From: Octopus sinensis
Taxonomy: Eukaryota
Direction of reading: 5' to 3'
Length of the DNA: 64,000 nucleotides
Assembly: GCF_006345805.1 (NCBI RefSeq)
Contig: NC_042997.1
Span: 157,542,001-157,606,000 of the forward strand
Shown here: positions 37,851-50,308 of the stretch, piece by piece
How the letters are laid out: each line of letters opens with the position of its first letter
How positions within the stretch are numbered: the first letter of the stretch is position 1
Notes under the pieces: generated by a model
Seen by the model: the letters and a program-made list of their open reading frames with translations, nothing else
What the model was told of the DNA's origin: nothing
Databases searched by the model: none
Position numbers and translations under genes: made by a program

Positions 37851-38618
37851 TTTTTATATATATATGTGTGTGTGTCTGTATTTGCCCCCCACCAATTTTA
37901 TCCTATATTAGATGTAAATTTAATAGTGTTCACTTCCGGACTCTCTCACTCTATGAGAGTTTTCAGTTCGAATCGCACTATCTCGAATGGGCTGGAGAAT
38001 TTCTATTTTGGATATATTTGGGGTACTTAATTGTGCTCATGACTTAGTGTTTGCTTCTTCCATGGGTACAATTAAGTATTTCATTTATTTCTTTGCCGCA
38101 TTTATTACCGACAAAGAGAAGGTTCTTATGAATTAACTCTGAAATCGGGTCCGATATGGTAATAACAGAATTATTTAGAAATTTCTGTCGGCTTTCTGCG
38201 ATACGCGTGCGTATAGTGATAAATTATATGGTTATGGACGATGTGTCTAGTTTCGGCATATTTGGCATTAGAAATTTTTTTTCTTTTGCCTTTGTTTATA
38301 AGTTGTTTATAAATTTAACCTTTAAATGTATTTTTAATATGCTGGACATTGATAAAATTTTTTTCGTAAAATTTTATCCTATATTAGATATATATATAAC
38401 GGGAATCTTTATGAAAATAAACAAAAGACGAAGGCAGGTGGAATATAAACAAACAATTGTATTAGTATGGCGCTCAGGAATATAAATAAAACAAGTCTTT
38501 TACGTTTCGAGCCTACGCTCTTCAACAGAAAGATACACAGAAAAGAAACACGGAGAGAAACAAGGAGAGAAGAAAAATGCGTGCAGAAGCTAGCGAATCA
38601 ACATATATATATATATAA

Positions 38619-38705
<87 letters not shown>

Positions 38706-38969
38706 TGTATGTATGTATGCGTGTGTGTATGTGTTTGTGTGTCTGTGTTTGTTCCCTCGCCATCGCTTGACAACCGATGTTGGTGAAGTTTATGCCTCTG
38801 TAACTTAACGGTTCGACAAAAGAGAACGATAGAATAAGTACTAGGCATACAAAAGAATAAATCCAGGAGTCGATTTGTTCGACTAAAGCCGGTGCTCCAG
38901 CATGTATGTATATGCATGTGTATGTAGAAAGAGCGTGACAGTAAACGAAGAAAACCAGAAGGACAGGCG

Positions 38970-39006
38970 GATAGATAGAAAGACAGACAGACAGACAGAT
39001 AGAAAA

Positions 39007-39059
<53 letters not shown>

Positions 39060-39108
39060 GAGATAGATAGATAGATAGATAGATAGGTAGACAGATAGAC
39101 AGACAGAC

Positions 39109-39141
<33 letters not shown>

Positions 39142-39144
39142 TAC

Positions 39145-39206
<62 letters not shown>

Positions 39207-39228
39207 GTAGACAGATAGACAGACAGAC

Positions 39229-39322
<94 letters not shown>

Positions 39323-39325
39323 TAA
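38970..39325. repeat. (GATA)n/(GACA)n compound microsatellite with internal ~120-bp duplication
   Basis: Direct reading. Confidence 0.95.
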
Positions 39326-39634
39326 ATGAAATAAATACTAAATAGATTCAAACAATTGCAGAACGAAGTAGACAGATGGGAATTAAGAGAGAGGGAGAAA
39401 GAGAGAAAGAAGCGGATAGAAAGTGGAAGGGGAGAAAACGAGAGAGGGCAGAAGGAGGTGAGATCGTGTTAATTCACTTTATCAGTAGCCCTATTTGGGA
39501 GTGACGAGTTTACAGCATGACGTCTAATAGGCGAAGCTGTTTAGAAACATTGACAACAGGTGTGGTGTTAGGGCGAACAAATGTTTTTATAATTGACCGA
39601 CTATCTATCAACATCTTCATAGTTGTATTGGTGC

Positions 39635-39671
<37 letters not shown>

Positions 39672-39809
39672 TGATATATAGTAGTAGATGTTCGTTTGGG
39701 GAAGATGGTGATAATGGTGGATGTTTTTGTTAAGGTGGTAATATGACTATCAGAGATAAATAAAGAAAGGCGGAAGTGAAATTGGAGTGAGAAGCTGGTT
39801 GGGAATGGC

Positions 39810-39843
<34 letters not shown>

Positions 39844-40198
39844 CGTTGCTATTATATTAAACTGTCTTATGTCCAAATTTGGCCAAATGCGTTTTTTTTT
39901 AAATTTTCAGCATTTATTTTTGTTTGCACTAGCTGGTTATTTTGGTCAAACTATCGTATCTCCAGCTGCTTCAGATGCCAAGGTGTCAAAAGTTGTACAA
40001 CAGTTTTGCTATGGAATGGTGGAACTGTTTTCGTTTTCTGAAAAAGCAACGGTTTGGACTTACGACATTTTTGTATAATAAAAACAATATATATATAATA
40101 TATATCGTTTTTATTATACAAAAGTGTCGTTCTGAAAAAGCAACGGTTCGGACTTGTGACACTTTTGTATGATAAAATTTATATATACATATTAATTC

Positions 40199-40270
40199 AG
40201 GTTCTACCGAGACTTGAACTCGGATCGCTGGATTCAGAGTCCAGAGTGCTAACCATTACACCATAGAACC
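40199..40270 (-). tRNA. tRNA-Gln(CTG), intact cloverleaf
   Basis: Minus strand GGTTCTATGGTGTAATGGTTAGCACTCTGGACTCTGAATCCAGCGATCCGAGTTCAAGTCTCGGTAGAACCT (72 nt): acceptor GGTTCTA/TAGAACC, T-stem CCGAG/CTCGG, anticodon CTG, TTTT about 21 nt downstream. Confidence 0.95.
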
Positions 40271-40527
40271 TGCTACCGAATAACTGTCACATATTACATT
40301 TACAGATAAATTCCTCTATTTACATAATATCGCGGTCTCTATTATTCTTTTGTTATCTTACCCTTTTATCAATATATATATATATATATGTTTGTGTGTG
40401 TGTGTGTGAGTAAATGAATGAATGAATTATCCTTTGTTTACAGTTAACATGGAAAATTCAATAAACAGTTACCAGGATAGTAAGAATAACACCTGCTTTC
40501 AACTCCATTTATTTACTATATATATAT

Positions 40528-40601
<74 letters not shown>

Positions 40602-40797
40602 GAAGGTGAAATTAATTAATTTGGAATAATTATCAATTACACCAAGTAGTCTTCGGCATGTAAAAGCCTCATTCGAGGAAATGTTTTTACTGAGATCTCC
40701 CTTTTAGTAGAAGAAATAGCTATAACTCTTTGACTGCTATTTCTAAATCGGTTTGTGGTAAGGCAATTCGTTGCTAAACCCTTTATTGCTTAGTATA

Positions 40798-40835
<38 letters not shown>

Positions 40836-40836
<1 letters not shown>

Positions 40837-40878
40837 TGAGTGGATTTGGTAGACGGAAACTGAAAGAAGCCTGTCGTA

Positions 40879-40941
<63 letters not shown>

Positions 40942-41150
40942 TGTGTGTCTGTGTTTGTCTCCCTAGCATTGCTTGACAACCGATGCTGGTGTGTTTACGT
41001 CCCCGTCACTTAGCGGTTCGGCAATGGAGACCGATAGAATAAGTACTGGGCTTACAAAGAATAAGTCCCGGGGTCGATTTGCTCGACTAAAGGCGGCGGT
41101 GCTCTAGCATGGCCGCAGTCAAATGACTGAAACAAGTAAAAGAGTAAAGA
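40836..41150 (+). mobile_element. SINE family A (5'-truncated body + tail)
   Basis: GTGAGTGGATTTGGTAGACGGAAACTG... through ...GACTGAAACAAGTAAAAGAG. Confidence 0.85.
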
Positions 41151-41252
41151 GTATATCGTTTCTATTATACAAAAGTGTCGTTCTGAAAAAGCAACGGTTC
41201 GGACTTGTGACACTTTCGTATAATAAAAGTTATATATACATATCTGTAAATC

Positions 41253-41323
41253 AGGTTCTACCGAGACTTGACTCGGATCGCTGGATTCAGAGTCCAGAGT
41301 GCTAACCATTACACCATAGAACC
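41253..41323 (-). pseudogene. tRNA-Gln(CTG) copy 2 with 1-nt T-loop/B-box deletion
   Basis: Same as 40199-40270 but GAG-TCAAGT instead of GAGTTCAAGT (71 nt); could be an assembly error. Confidence 0.8.
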
Positions 41324-41657
41324 TGCTACTGAATAACCGTCACATATTACATTTACAGATAAATTCCTCTATTTACATAATATCGCGGTCTCTTTCATTC
41401 TTTTGTTATCTTACCATTTTTATCAATGTATATATATATATTTGTGTGTGTGTGCGTGTGTGTGTGTGTATGTGTGTGTGTGTAAATGGATGAATGAATT
41501 ATCCTTTGTTTACAGCTAACATGGAAAATTCAATAAACAGTTACCAGGGTAGTAAGAATAACACCTACTTTCAACTCCATTTATTTACTTATATATGTAT
41601 ATATATGTGAGTGGATTTGGTAGACGGAAACTGAAAGAAGCCTGTCGTATATATGTG

Positions 41658-41711
<54 letters not shown>

Positions 41712-41722
41712 ATATATATATA

Positions 41723-43485
41723 CAATATGTTACATTACTCGGTAGTCAAGATAAAACTCTGAGTTTCAGATGCCGAAGTGGAAATCCACAACACCATCTC
41801 TTCGGTTATCTGGCTATTTGAAAACGTTATGAAAAAATACCGTTAAAAATGAAGGGAAATTACTCTGTTATAACTCTGCTTTGCCTGCGTACTTATACAT
41901 CGCTCGCATTTTTCGTCATAAAAATTATATAAAAATACATAAAAATATATAAAAATATATAAAAAATATATAAAATCTTCTTGGGACATAACACAGAAAG
42001 CATGTTTTATCCGTTTTCTTTAGGGGACCAAAAACGTAACAGAAATTTAGTCACATGTGGGCATGATCCGAAAAGCTCTGTCCTTGTATTTAGACATGTG
42101 GTAGGGTCTAAGCTGCTTTTCCAGATAAGCCATCTCTCCATGTCGCATAAACCGCACCTTCCGCTGCCGTTAGTGTAGGGCTTACATCTGGCCAAAATCT
42201 TCCATTGTATGTTATAATCGACACCTTTATCTCTTAAAGACCAAATATGATTGGATAATTGTGTCGCTTTTCTTTTGTTCCAGTGCCTAAAGCTCAAAGT
42301 GTGGTTATTGAACCTGGCCTTGAAATTACCCTCTGTCAGGCCCACGTATTTCTTCGTCGAAACGGTGTCTTAGTGGTTATAGAGTTTACGGTAGCTTCAT
42401 ATATGATGGTCTTGGACATGCAAGCTCCATTTAGCGGGCACAATTCTTTATTCCTGCATGAACAGCTGTTTTCTTCTTGTGTTTTTTGTATGTTATGATT
42501 GATTATGTTTTTAAAATTGGTAGTTGAACTAAAACTAATTTTTAAATTATGTCTATTGAAGAGTTTCCTATAAGTATGGTTAACTGGAAAATGTCTATCT
42601 ATCAGTGCTAGGAAATATTTACCTATATTGAAGGCCACCTCGGGTGAGTAAACCAAATGACCTTCCTATTTCTATTATTCCTTTTCCTTACTGTTGGGCT
42701 GGTGATAGGTGTATATTTTATTTTTTCGCTAAAACCACTATCTTTTAAAGCTTTATTATAAACTGGGGCAACGCTATTGAAGATGTCCTCATTAGATGAG
42801 AGGCTAGAAATCCTCTTACTAATATTTTTAACTAAATTTTTGAATACTATAGGGGGATGGCATGAACCTACATTAATATAACTTAGTCTATCATTGGGCT
42901 TCCTATAAGGCTTATAAATATTATTATTAAGATCTAAGGAAACGTCTAAGAAATTGACAACCGTCAGGTTAGTGTCTATAGTTATACTAAGTCCGAAGTG
43001 TTTCATTAACTGGATAATATCCTTCCTAAAACGATCTTGTGCTGGTCCATTTGTATTAGCTGTTAAGGCGAGGGCATCATCTTTGTAGATGGCGAAATGT
43101 ACGTTAGGGAATGTCTTACCGAAGGTATCTAGGAGAAAGAGTCCAATTAGATCACAGATGCCTGCCCCATCATATGAACCCATGCTCACATCGAAAGCGC
43201 CCTCCGTGTCGGTGTTTTTTACCCACTTTGCATTCTCACTGAAAAGTAATGTCTTTCTAGCATGGAAGATTATATCCTTATCATTGGTACTAATTTCTAT
43301 GAAGTCACTAGCGAAGATTAGGGCTTTATCTAGCAGTTCTTTAGAGATAGAGGCATAAAAATCAACAATATCGAATTGTGTAAACCTCGCTTTTTTCTTA
43401 TTCTTAATAGCTTTAAACCGGTCTACGACTTCTATACTATTGGACCATTGCACTAGCCTAGTATCGGTCTTAATTTTCGTATTTA
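41723..43485 (-). mobile_element. 5'-truncated Penelope-like element (RT + C-terminal GIY-YIG endonuclease + 3' pLTR)
   Basis: RT motifs FDIVDFYASIS, MGSYDGA.ICDLIG, YKDD, NFLDVSLDL, YKPYRKP, SCHPP; linker VIWF...NIGKYFL; CSCRNKELCPLNG; IIYEATV...YVGLTEGNFKARFNNH...LSNHIW...CGLC...SCPH. Two frameshifts at ~42650 and ~42345. Confidence 0.92.
41750..41810 (-). ncRNA. Hammerhead ribozyme-like motif in the Penelope 3' pLTR
   Basis: GATAA-CCGAAGA-GATG...CATCT-GAAA-CTC a GAG-TT-TTATC: stem I GATAA/TTATC, core with U4 to C, same CTCAGAG stem III as the 6.8-kb motif. Confidence 0.55.
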
Positions 43486-43489
43486 TTTA

Positions 43490-45440
43490 GATTTAGTGGT
43501 AAGATTTCGATTACGACTTCGATTAAGTGTAAATATAAGTTGAGGATTAATATCATAGGTAGTGGTATGGTAAGTTGATTACATATTGGCTAAATTTTAG
43601 GTTTAATGATTAGGTTGTGGTTGGGTTATGATAAGGACTAGAGTTATAGAGTTTAGTTTAGCATTAAGTGATAGGGATAGGGTTATAGTTTCATCACTAT
43701 TCGTCTTCGGAATAAAGCTAGCTTTGTTGTTCAGGTAAGGTTTATATTCGGGGTAGGAAATATACTTATGCTTCGGAATATTTTTGATTTAAACTCAGGA
43801 AATATATGTGTAGGGTTATACTTAGTATAACCATAGATATATATTAGGTTAGGTTTTTGGTTAATATTTTAAATTAACTATCATTTACGCTAAGTTAGAG
43901 TTAGAATTAGAATTTAAGGCTTGTGTTAAGCTTAAGGTTAGTGTTTTGGATTATGTTAAGTTCAGCTTTATAGCTAAACTAAGATAAACTTTATGTTTAA
44001 TCCTGGAATTAGTTTTAAAGTTAGGATTAATTTGCGGTTTAGAACTATGGCTAGTGTTAGATTTAGTTTTAGTTCTAGTTTTAGGGTTATGGTGAGTCTT
44101 TATTACGTTTAATGTTAGGTTTTATCTGTGTTAAAATTAGGGATTGATTAGGAGTAAGGTTACTTATAAATTTATCTTTGGATTCTCTTTTTCACGGTTC
44201 CCTTGAATTTTAATAATAGTGATAGAATTAATCTTTGGTAATTTTGGTTAGGTTTATGGTTAAATTTAGCTTGACCGCTAGAGATAGTGCTAGAGACCGG
44301 TTTAGGCCTACAGTCAGGGCTAAGGATAACTGGTGTTTAGTTTTAATGTTTATTAGATTTATGCTTAGATGTAGTGATTGCAATGCGAAAAACTAGTGCT
44401 GATGTTACGTGTTTGAGCTGTGACTGTATCAGATTTGTGTTAGTAAAGGAATATAATGGTGTTTAGTTTAGCGGTGAATGTTTAAACTTAGTGTAAATGC
44501 TTGCTTTAGCTTTAATATTAGATTCATTAGTCTTACGATTAATTTTTATCTTTAGTGTTAATTTCAGACTATGACTTGTTCCAAGATTAGCATTAAATTA
44601 ACACAAGTTTTAGATTTGTGACTTGGCTTATAGTTACTATTACTATATGGTTAAGGTTATGCTAAGGTTATCGCTAACTTTTAAATTAAATCAAGCAATG
44701 TCGTTCAGATTATGTCTAATTTAGTGTTTGCTTCATAGTAGTTATTGGTTTCAACTTAGATATAGTGTTTTTGTTTCATTAATGTTAGGATCAAGTTTAT
44801 AATAGTATCAATTTTAGGATCAGGTTTATCATAAATATTAGGTTTTAGCCTCGACTTGAGAGCTAAGCTAAGCTTAGATTTAAGGGTTAGTGGGTTAAGT
44901 TTGGATATGGCTTCAATGTTGGTGTTAGGCTGTAGTTTATTTTAGATTTAAACATACAGTTAGTGTTATGTTTATGGCTAGGTACTTTTTTAGTTCTCGG
45001 GCGAAGTTTGGTTTCAAGATGAGGGTTAAGATAGAGGTTAGAATTTAAGTTAATTTTAGGTTTTGTGTCACCTTTGTATTTAAGTATGCGGTGGGGGGAT
45101 TAGTGTTAAGGCTGAAGATGCGCTCTGCGCTGAATTAGCTGGTTTGATAATTAGTTAATGTTTACATACGTTATTTGGGTTATGACCAGTCTTAGGTTTT
45201 CGGTATAGTTGAATTTATGGTCTGTGTTAATCTTCAAGGTTTAGTTTTAGAATTCGTATTGGGATTAAGTACAATATTCAGGTTCATTTTATGATCAGAG
45301 TTTTAGAATGGACTGAGCTAAAAGATAGTGAGCTAATTTTCATGTTGAAACCCTAACTGGCCCTAAATCTTGCAATAACCTGTAGCACCACCTCTTAACC
45401 TAATTTTTAATCAAAACCCCATACGCTAACTCTGTAACTT
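43490..45440. repeat. Highly degenerate hexameric TTAGGG-like tract, switching to CCCTAA orientation at ~45345
   Basis: C-poor, G/T-rich plus strand with NN(T/C)TAG periodicity; exact TTAGGG at 44081 and 44137; CCCTAA at 45351 and 45361 in a C-rich ~95-bp tail. Confidence 0.75.
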
Positions 45441-48400
45441 TGAATTGCTTTCGCTACTTTAATGTCACAAAGCCAAACATTGTATGTCTGTCTTTCTCTC
45501 GTCATTATAACTTGTTCTCACGCTTCCAAAATCTACACTAAACAATAGTTAAGTTAGTTAACTTATTTAGTGCAATGAGCTTCAAAAGTCTAATCAATCA
45601 GATGGCGTCTCTGAGTAATTAACCTCAGTCAATTATTTCATATACTAAACAGTTGAATTCTTTATACCATGAACTGTGTAGCACCCTGGAGACTTCTCCT
45701 TGCTTAATTCCCCCCATGGGTATTAATCCACACAAATTCAATGCACACATACATAATACATACATATATACATACATACACACATACATGTATATAAGTG
45801 TGTGTATGTATGCATGTATGTATATGTGTGTATGGCAACACTATATGTGAAAAAATCATGTCAATCAAATAATCAAATAATTATCCAGTATTAATTGATA
45901 GCAATAAATCAAGACAATAAATTAAAGCGAGTATTACATTTTTTAAGGCATTAACCAATAAATGAATGACAAAACGATAATCTTTACTTATTCAGGCAAA
46001 ATGAAATTTGACAACTTAAATCTGATTCTAATGATCCATTTCGGTAAGTGTGAAATAATTTCTTTTAAATGACAAAAATTTCACATTCATAAATACATTC
46101 GCACATTCGTACGTTTGATACATTCATACATTCGTACGTTTGATACATTCATACATTCGTAAATAGATATATTCGTACATTCATACATATATACCTGAAT
46201 AAATATATTCATACGTAAATGCTTACATGCACTGATATACTCAGGAAAATTAAGAATAAAAATAAAAACAAAATAAATAAAATAAAATTGTCGACAACAT
46301 ATACATATATACAGGCATACGCAAAAGCACATACTCTGTAACAATTTATTTCTAGTGTTACGAATGTGATTAACGTCTGTCTCCTTAAAAATCCAGAATT
46401 GAGTCAGTCATTATCTACCTCGTTATGATCGTCTGCTTCACCCAATCATTCGTAAAACCAAAATCCTTTTTCTACAAAATTTCTCTCAAAGAAATGCGAC
46501 GATATTTGTTAAGAAAATGATTCTTAAGTTTGGATATCTTCATCCATAGATGACAACAGGCATTTTTCACAATAATAAAAATACTACTTTGAAAAGTATG
46601 AAAATGAGCACATCCAAAATGTGTTTGCCGATGCAAGGTGGCTATTTCTTATGAAGTGCTTATTTTTGCAAAATTTCTAAAATTCTTAACGTTTTCAAAT
46701 CCAGAAAGAGTAAACCGTCGTATCAGATGCTAGTCAACTTTGGTGCTTTTTTCTACGTTGTACCAATAAATCTGTCAAGACTAACAATTCACGAAAATGC
46801 ACTGCTAGTACTAACATCACTTACTCAGAAGAGCTGCGATCGTGAACCGATTGACAAACGAGTATCAATCGAATTGGCGTTTTGCCAGCTCTATATATTC
46901 GGTTCTATTTTGTCTGAAGGATCGCAGGTAAGGGGAAACTACCAATAAACTGAATTATCGGCTGCTTCGAAATAAATGTAAGTTCTATATAAATTGAGTA
47001 TACTTTCTTTCATTGGTGGCCAAAATTATGTGTGTATGTATGTATGTATGTATGCATGTATCTTTGTATATATGTGCGTGCATGTTGATATTTTGTGGTT
47101 ATCTTGAATTATGATAATAGAGATTTGAGCACCGATTTGAGAAAGAAACGATCAATACGAACAGACGACCGATACGAAAGAAATGACCGCTGATCTGTAA
47201 TGCAGTTGGCAATGCTGTCGGTCCGCAAATGACAAGTGGTTAGTGTTTTACCAGTGATTCTGTTGCCCTTTCTTATTTTAAATTGCTGCTTATTAAACCT
47301 AGCATGTTTTAATAGTTAATTAGATAGAATTATCTAATACATTATTTGAAGACATATTACGAAATTACTCTTATTGTTCAAAGAGCTAAAGTTATAATTA
47401 AGCACTCACGTTAGCTATAACTGAACAAATTAGAATCAATGTTACACCAACCATAACCACCCTACATCTTTATATATCATGGTTTCCAATGTGTCCTTTA
47501 TTCGAAGCGACAGTATATAATTTGAAGAAGATTTAGCTGCTATTTCATGGAGAGCAAAAAGCCATGTTGATTCGTTCACAGAGTCGTTTATTACATCAGG
47601 GCCACACTACAAATGTCAGGATTTGAACGAAAAGTGTTGAACCAATGAGAAATCTCCTTATAGTCACTGAACTCATAAAAAAATCACTGGCTCTATCTCA
47701 GAAATAAAAAAGAGAAAAGACACAAGACTAGTCCATACAACCTAGTATCACACAGACAGCATCTAATAAACACTGAAGTAAAAATAGAAAAAAATCAACC
47801 AAATATCCCAAACTGATGAGAATAATTTTGCATGGGTCCATAGCGAAATCCTAATGAAATCCTCACTTTCCAACAACCTTCTATGGGACTCCAGAATTGC
47901 TGGACAAGCCGACATCAATAAGAATCACGGAAGCTAGAAGTGAAACACTTTACATTCCCGCATAAAAAGAAAAAAAGAAAGGTTATGTATAGGTGTCTTG
48001 TACGCTGGAGTTCGATGCTAAAATTAACATGAAGTGTAGACTTTTATGAACACACATGTTATGTCATCTCACATTTTGAGAGCAAGAAATAGTTACAAAA
48101 TACATGATGCACAAAAGAAACTGCAAAGCTTTGCAGCCCCGCAAGTTGCGACAATTTCCTTGGATGACATTCAGTAACTGCCTCAAATGCCGTTAAGATA
48201 CTACCTCTCATTATGACATTATATTATTGCTTAAACAATGCCAAGCGTAAGAATATATTCTGTACATAGATGCTTATAAACAGGGAGTACTGGATAAAAG
48301 TTTGCATCAAATCTTTCACCAAATGCAAACATAACAAGGCTTCCTATAGTTGCTTGGTTCAAAAAGGATAATTATGTACCGTCACAGAAGTCAATTTCCT

Positions 48401-48924
48401 TGCAGATGTGAACATTTATTTCAAATTCAGTGAGAAGAAAAATATTTATGGAGAACTACTTCAAAGCCTTCTACTTCTGAACCTAGATTGTAAATTCACA
48501 TTTATACTGATAGATGCATTCAGAAATGTGGGAATATTATTTTCAGACAAAGAAAATGAACAACTAATTGCAAATTAACTGGTCATTTTACTTTGTAAAT
48601 GCAATATATAAGCTAAACAGTAAAAGTATGCCAGAATTTTCATCGGGTAACCTTTATCATTTTTGTTATTCAAATTCCATAAATGAAACTTTGCTTCGTG
48701 TTTAGAATCCTTTCTTAAAAGAGGGAGAATTAGAACTCAACACTCAAACAAGAGCATATTTGTTATTTATTAGTTGTAATGGTGCATGATTAACTCACAT
48801 GTCTCCCGTCCGGTTGTACACTTAGAATACGTTTACACTTTTTACCTGTCGTTTGATATTTACAATACATTTCTTTCATTTATTAAGTAACAGAACGCAA
48901 CGCAGCCCGACTTAACAGTAAGTT

Positions 48925-48946
48925 TTATATATATATATATATAATA

Positions 48947-49003
<57 letters not shown>

Positions 49004-49130
49004 TATATATGTACATATATATGTACATATATATGTATATATATATATATGTGTATTATACATGTATATGTATATTGTATATATATATATGTATGTATAT
49101 GTATATATATATAAATGTATGTATATATAT
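48925..49130. repeat. (TA)n-rich microsatellite
   Basis: Direct reading; similar tracts at 14885-15045, 24780-24920, 50065-50305 and 62180-62250. Confidence 0.95.
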
Positions 49131-50058
49131 ATAATCATATACAACTTCTGTTTTGTGTTCGTATGCACTCATGTGCATCCATCACACACAAACACACACA
49201 CACACATACTATATGTATGTAAATGTATGTGTGTGTGCGTGTATTTACATATGTATGTATAAGAGTAAGTTAAGTGCATTAAGTACTATTGCATCAGAGA
49301 TAATGAAAGAAAGAGGGGAGCTAGAAAGGGAGAGAGAGAATGAGAGAATTAGTGAGAGAGATAGAGAGAGGGAAAGGGAGAGAATTCAATTCAGTTCAAT
49401 TGTTGAATAAGTTTTAATGTGAATATGGGATGGGTATCTATGTTTGTGTGCGTGTAAAAAATAAATTTTTAAAATTATCCCGAGATACAACCGTGCTTGT
49501 TTTTGGGTGTATATGCGCAAATATTTATAACAGCGACAGACAAAACTGTGTGATAGACTCACAATATTTTTTGCCGTGTTTTTGCTTTTGTTTTGTTTTA
49601 GCTGATTTTTATTTTCATTTCTATTATTATTATTATTTTGTTCTCTGCACATCCTTCGTTCGTTGTACTCATCACAAATCAAAACATACTTGACTTTATT
49701 TGCTCGAGTCGTAAATAGTACTATAAATTTAATGATGAACTTTTCTCTTGTTTTCTTGTTGGTGCCAGTTTAGATTTTTCTTCCCGCCTTTGTAAATTAG
49801 TATAAACACAAAAACTTCCTCTTACATGTGTACATAGCTGGCACTGTTGCACTTCCGGTCCTAGTTCAGTTAGCACCTATCTAAATAGAACTATGTTCGT
49901 ACAGAATACACTTTCTCCTAAACTGCACGTGTTTAGAATTACATTTTCTGCTGTTTTTATTATCGATGTTCTTGCTCTTGTTGTAGATCTTTTTACTTAT
50001 TTTGTTTTATATTTTTGTAGGTAACTTGTCACAGTCGTTGTTGAATTTGAAATTGGTG

Positions 50059-50143
<85 letters not shown>

Positions 50144-50273
50144 TATATATTATATATATATATATATATATTATTATATATATATATTATATATATATAT
50201 ATTATATGTATATATTCATACGTTATATATATATATATTATATATATATATATTATATGTATATATTCATACG

Positions 50274-50308
<35 letters not shown>

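Noticed and set aside
41052-41309. ORF beginning MVSTLDSESSDPS
   Set aside because: It is a reading through tRNA-Gln copy 2 and SINE sequence.
43490-45345. Telomerase capping of the truncated Penelope copy
   Set aside because: The hexamer tract is much more decayed than the Penelope ORF, so it predates the insertion; the polarity is noted in findings only as a weaker hypothesis.
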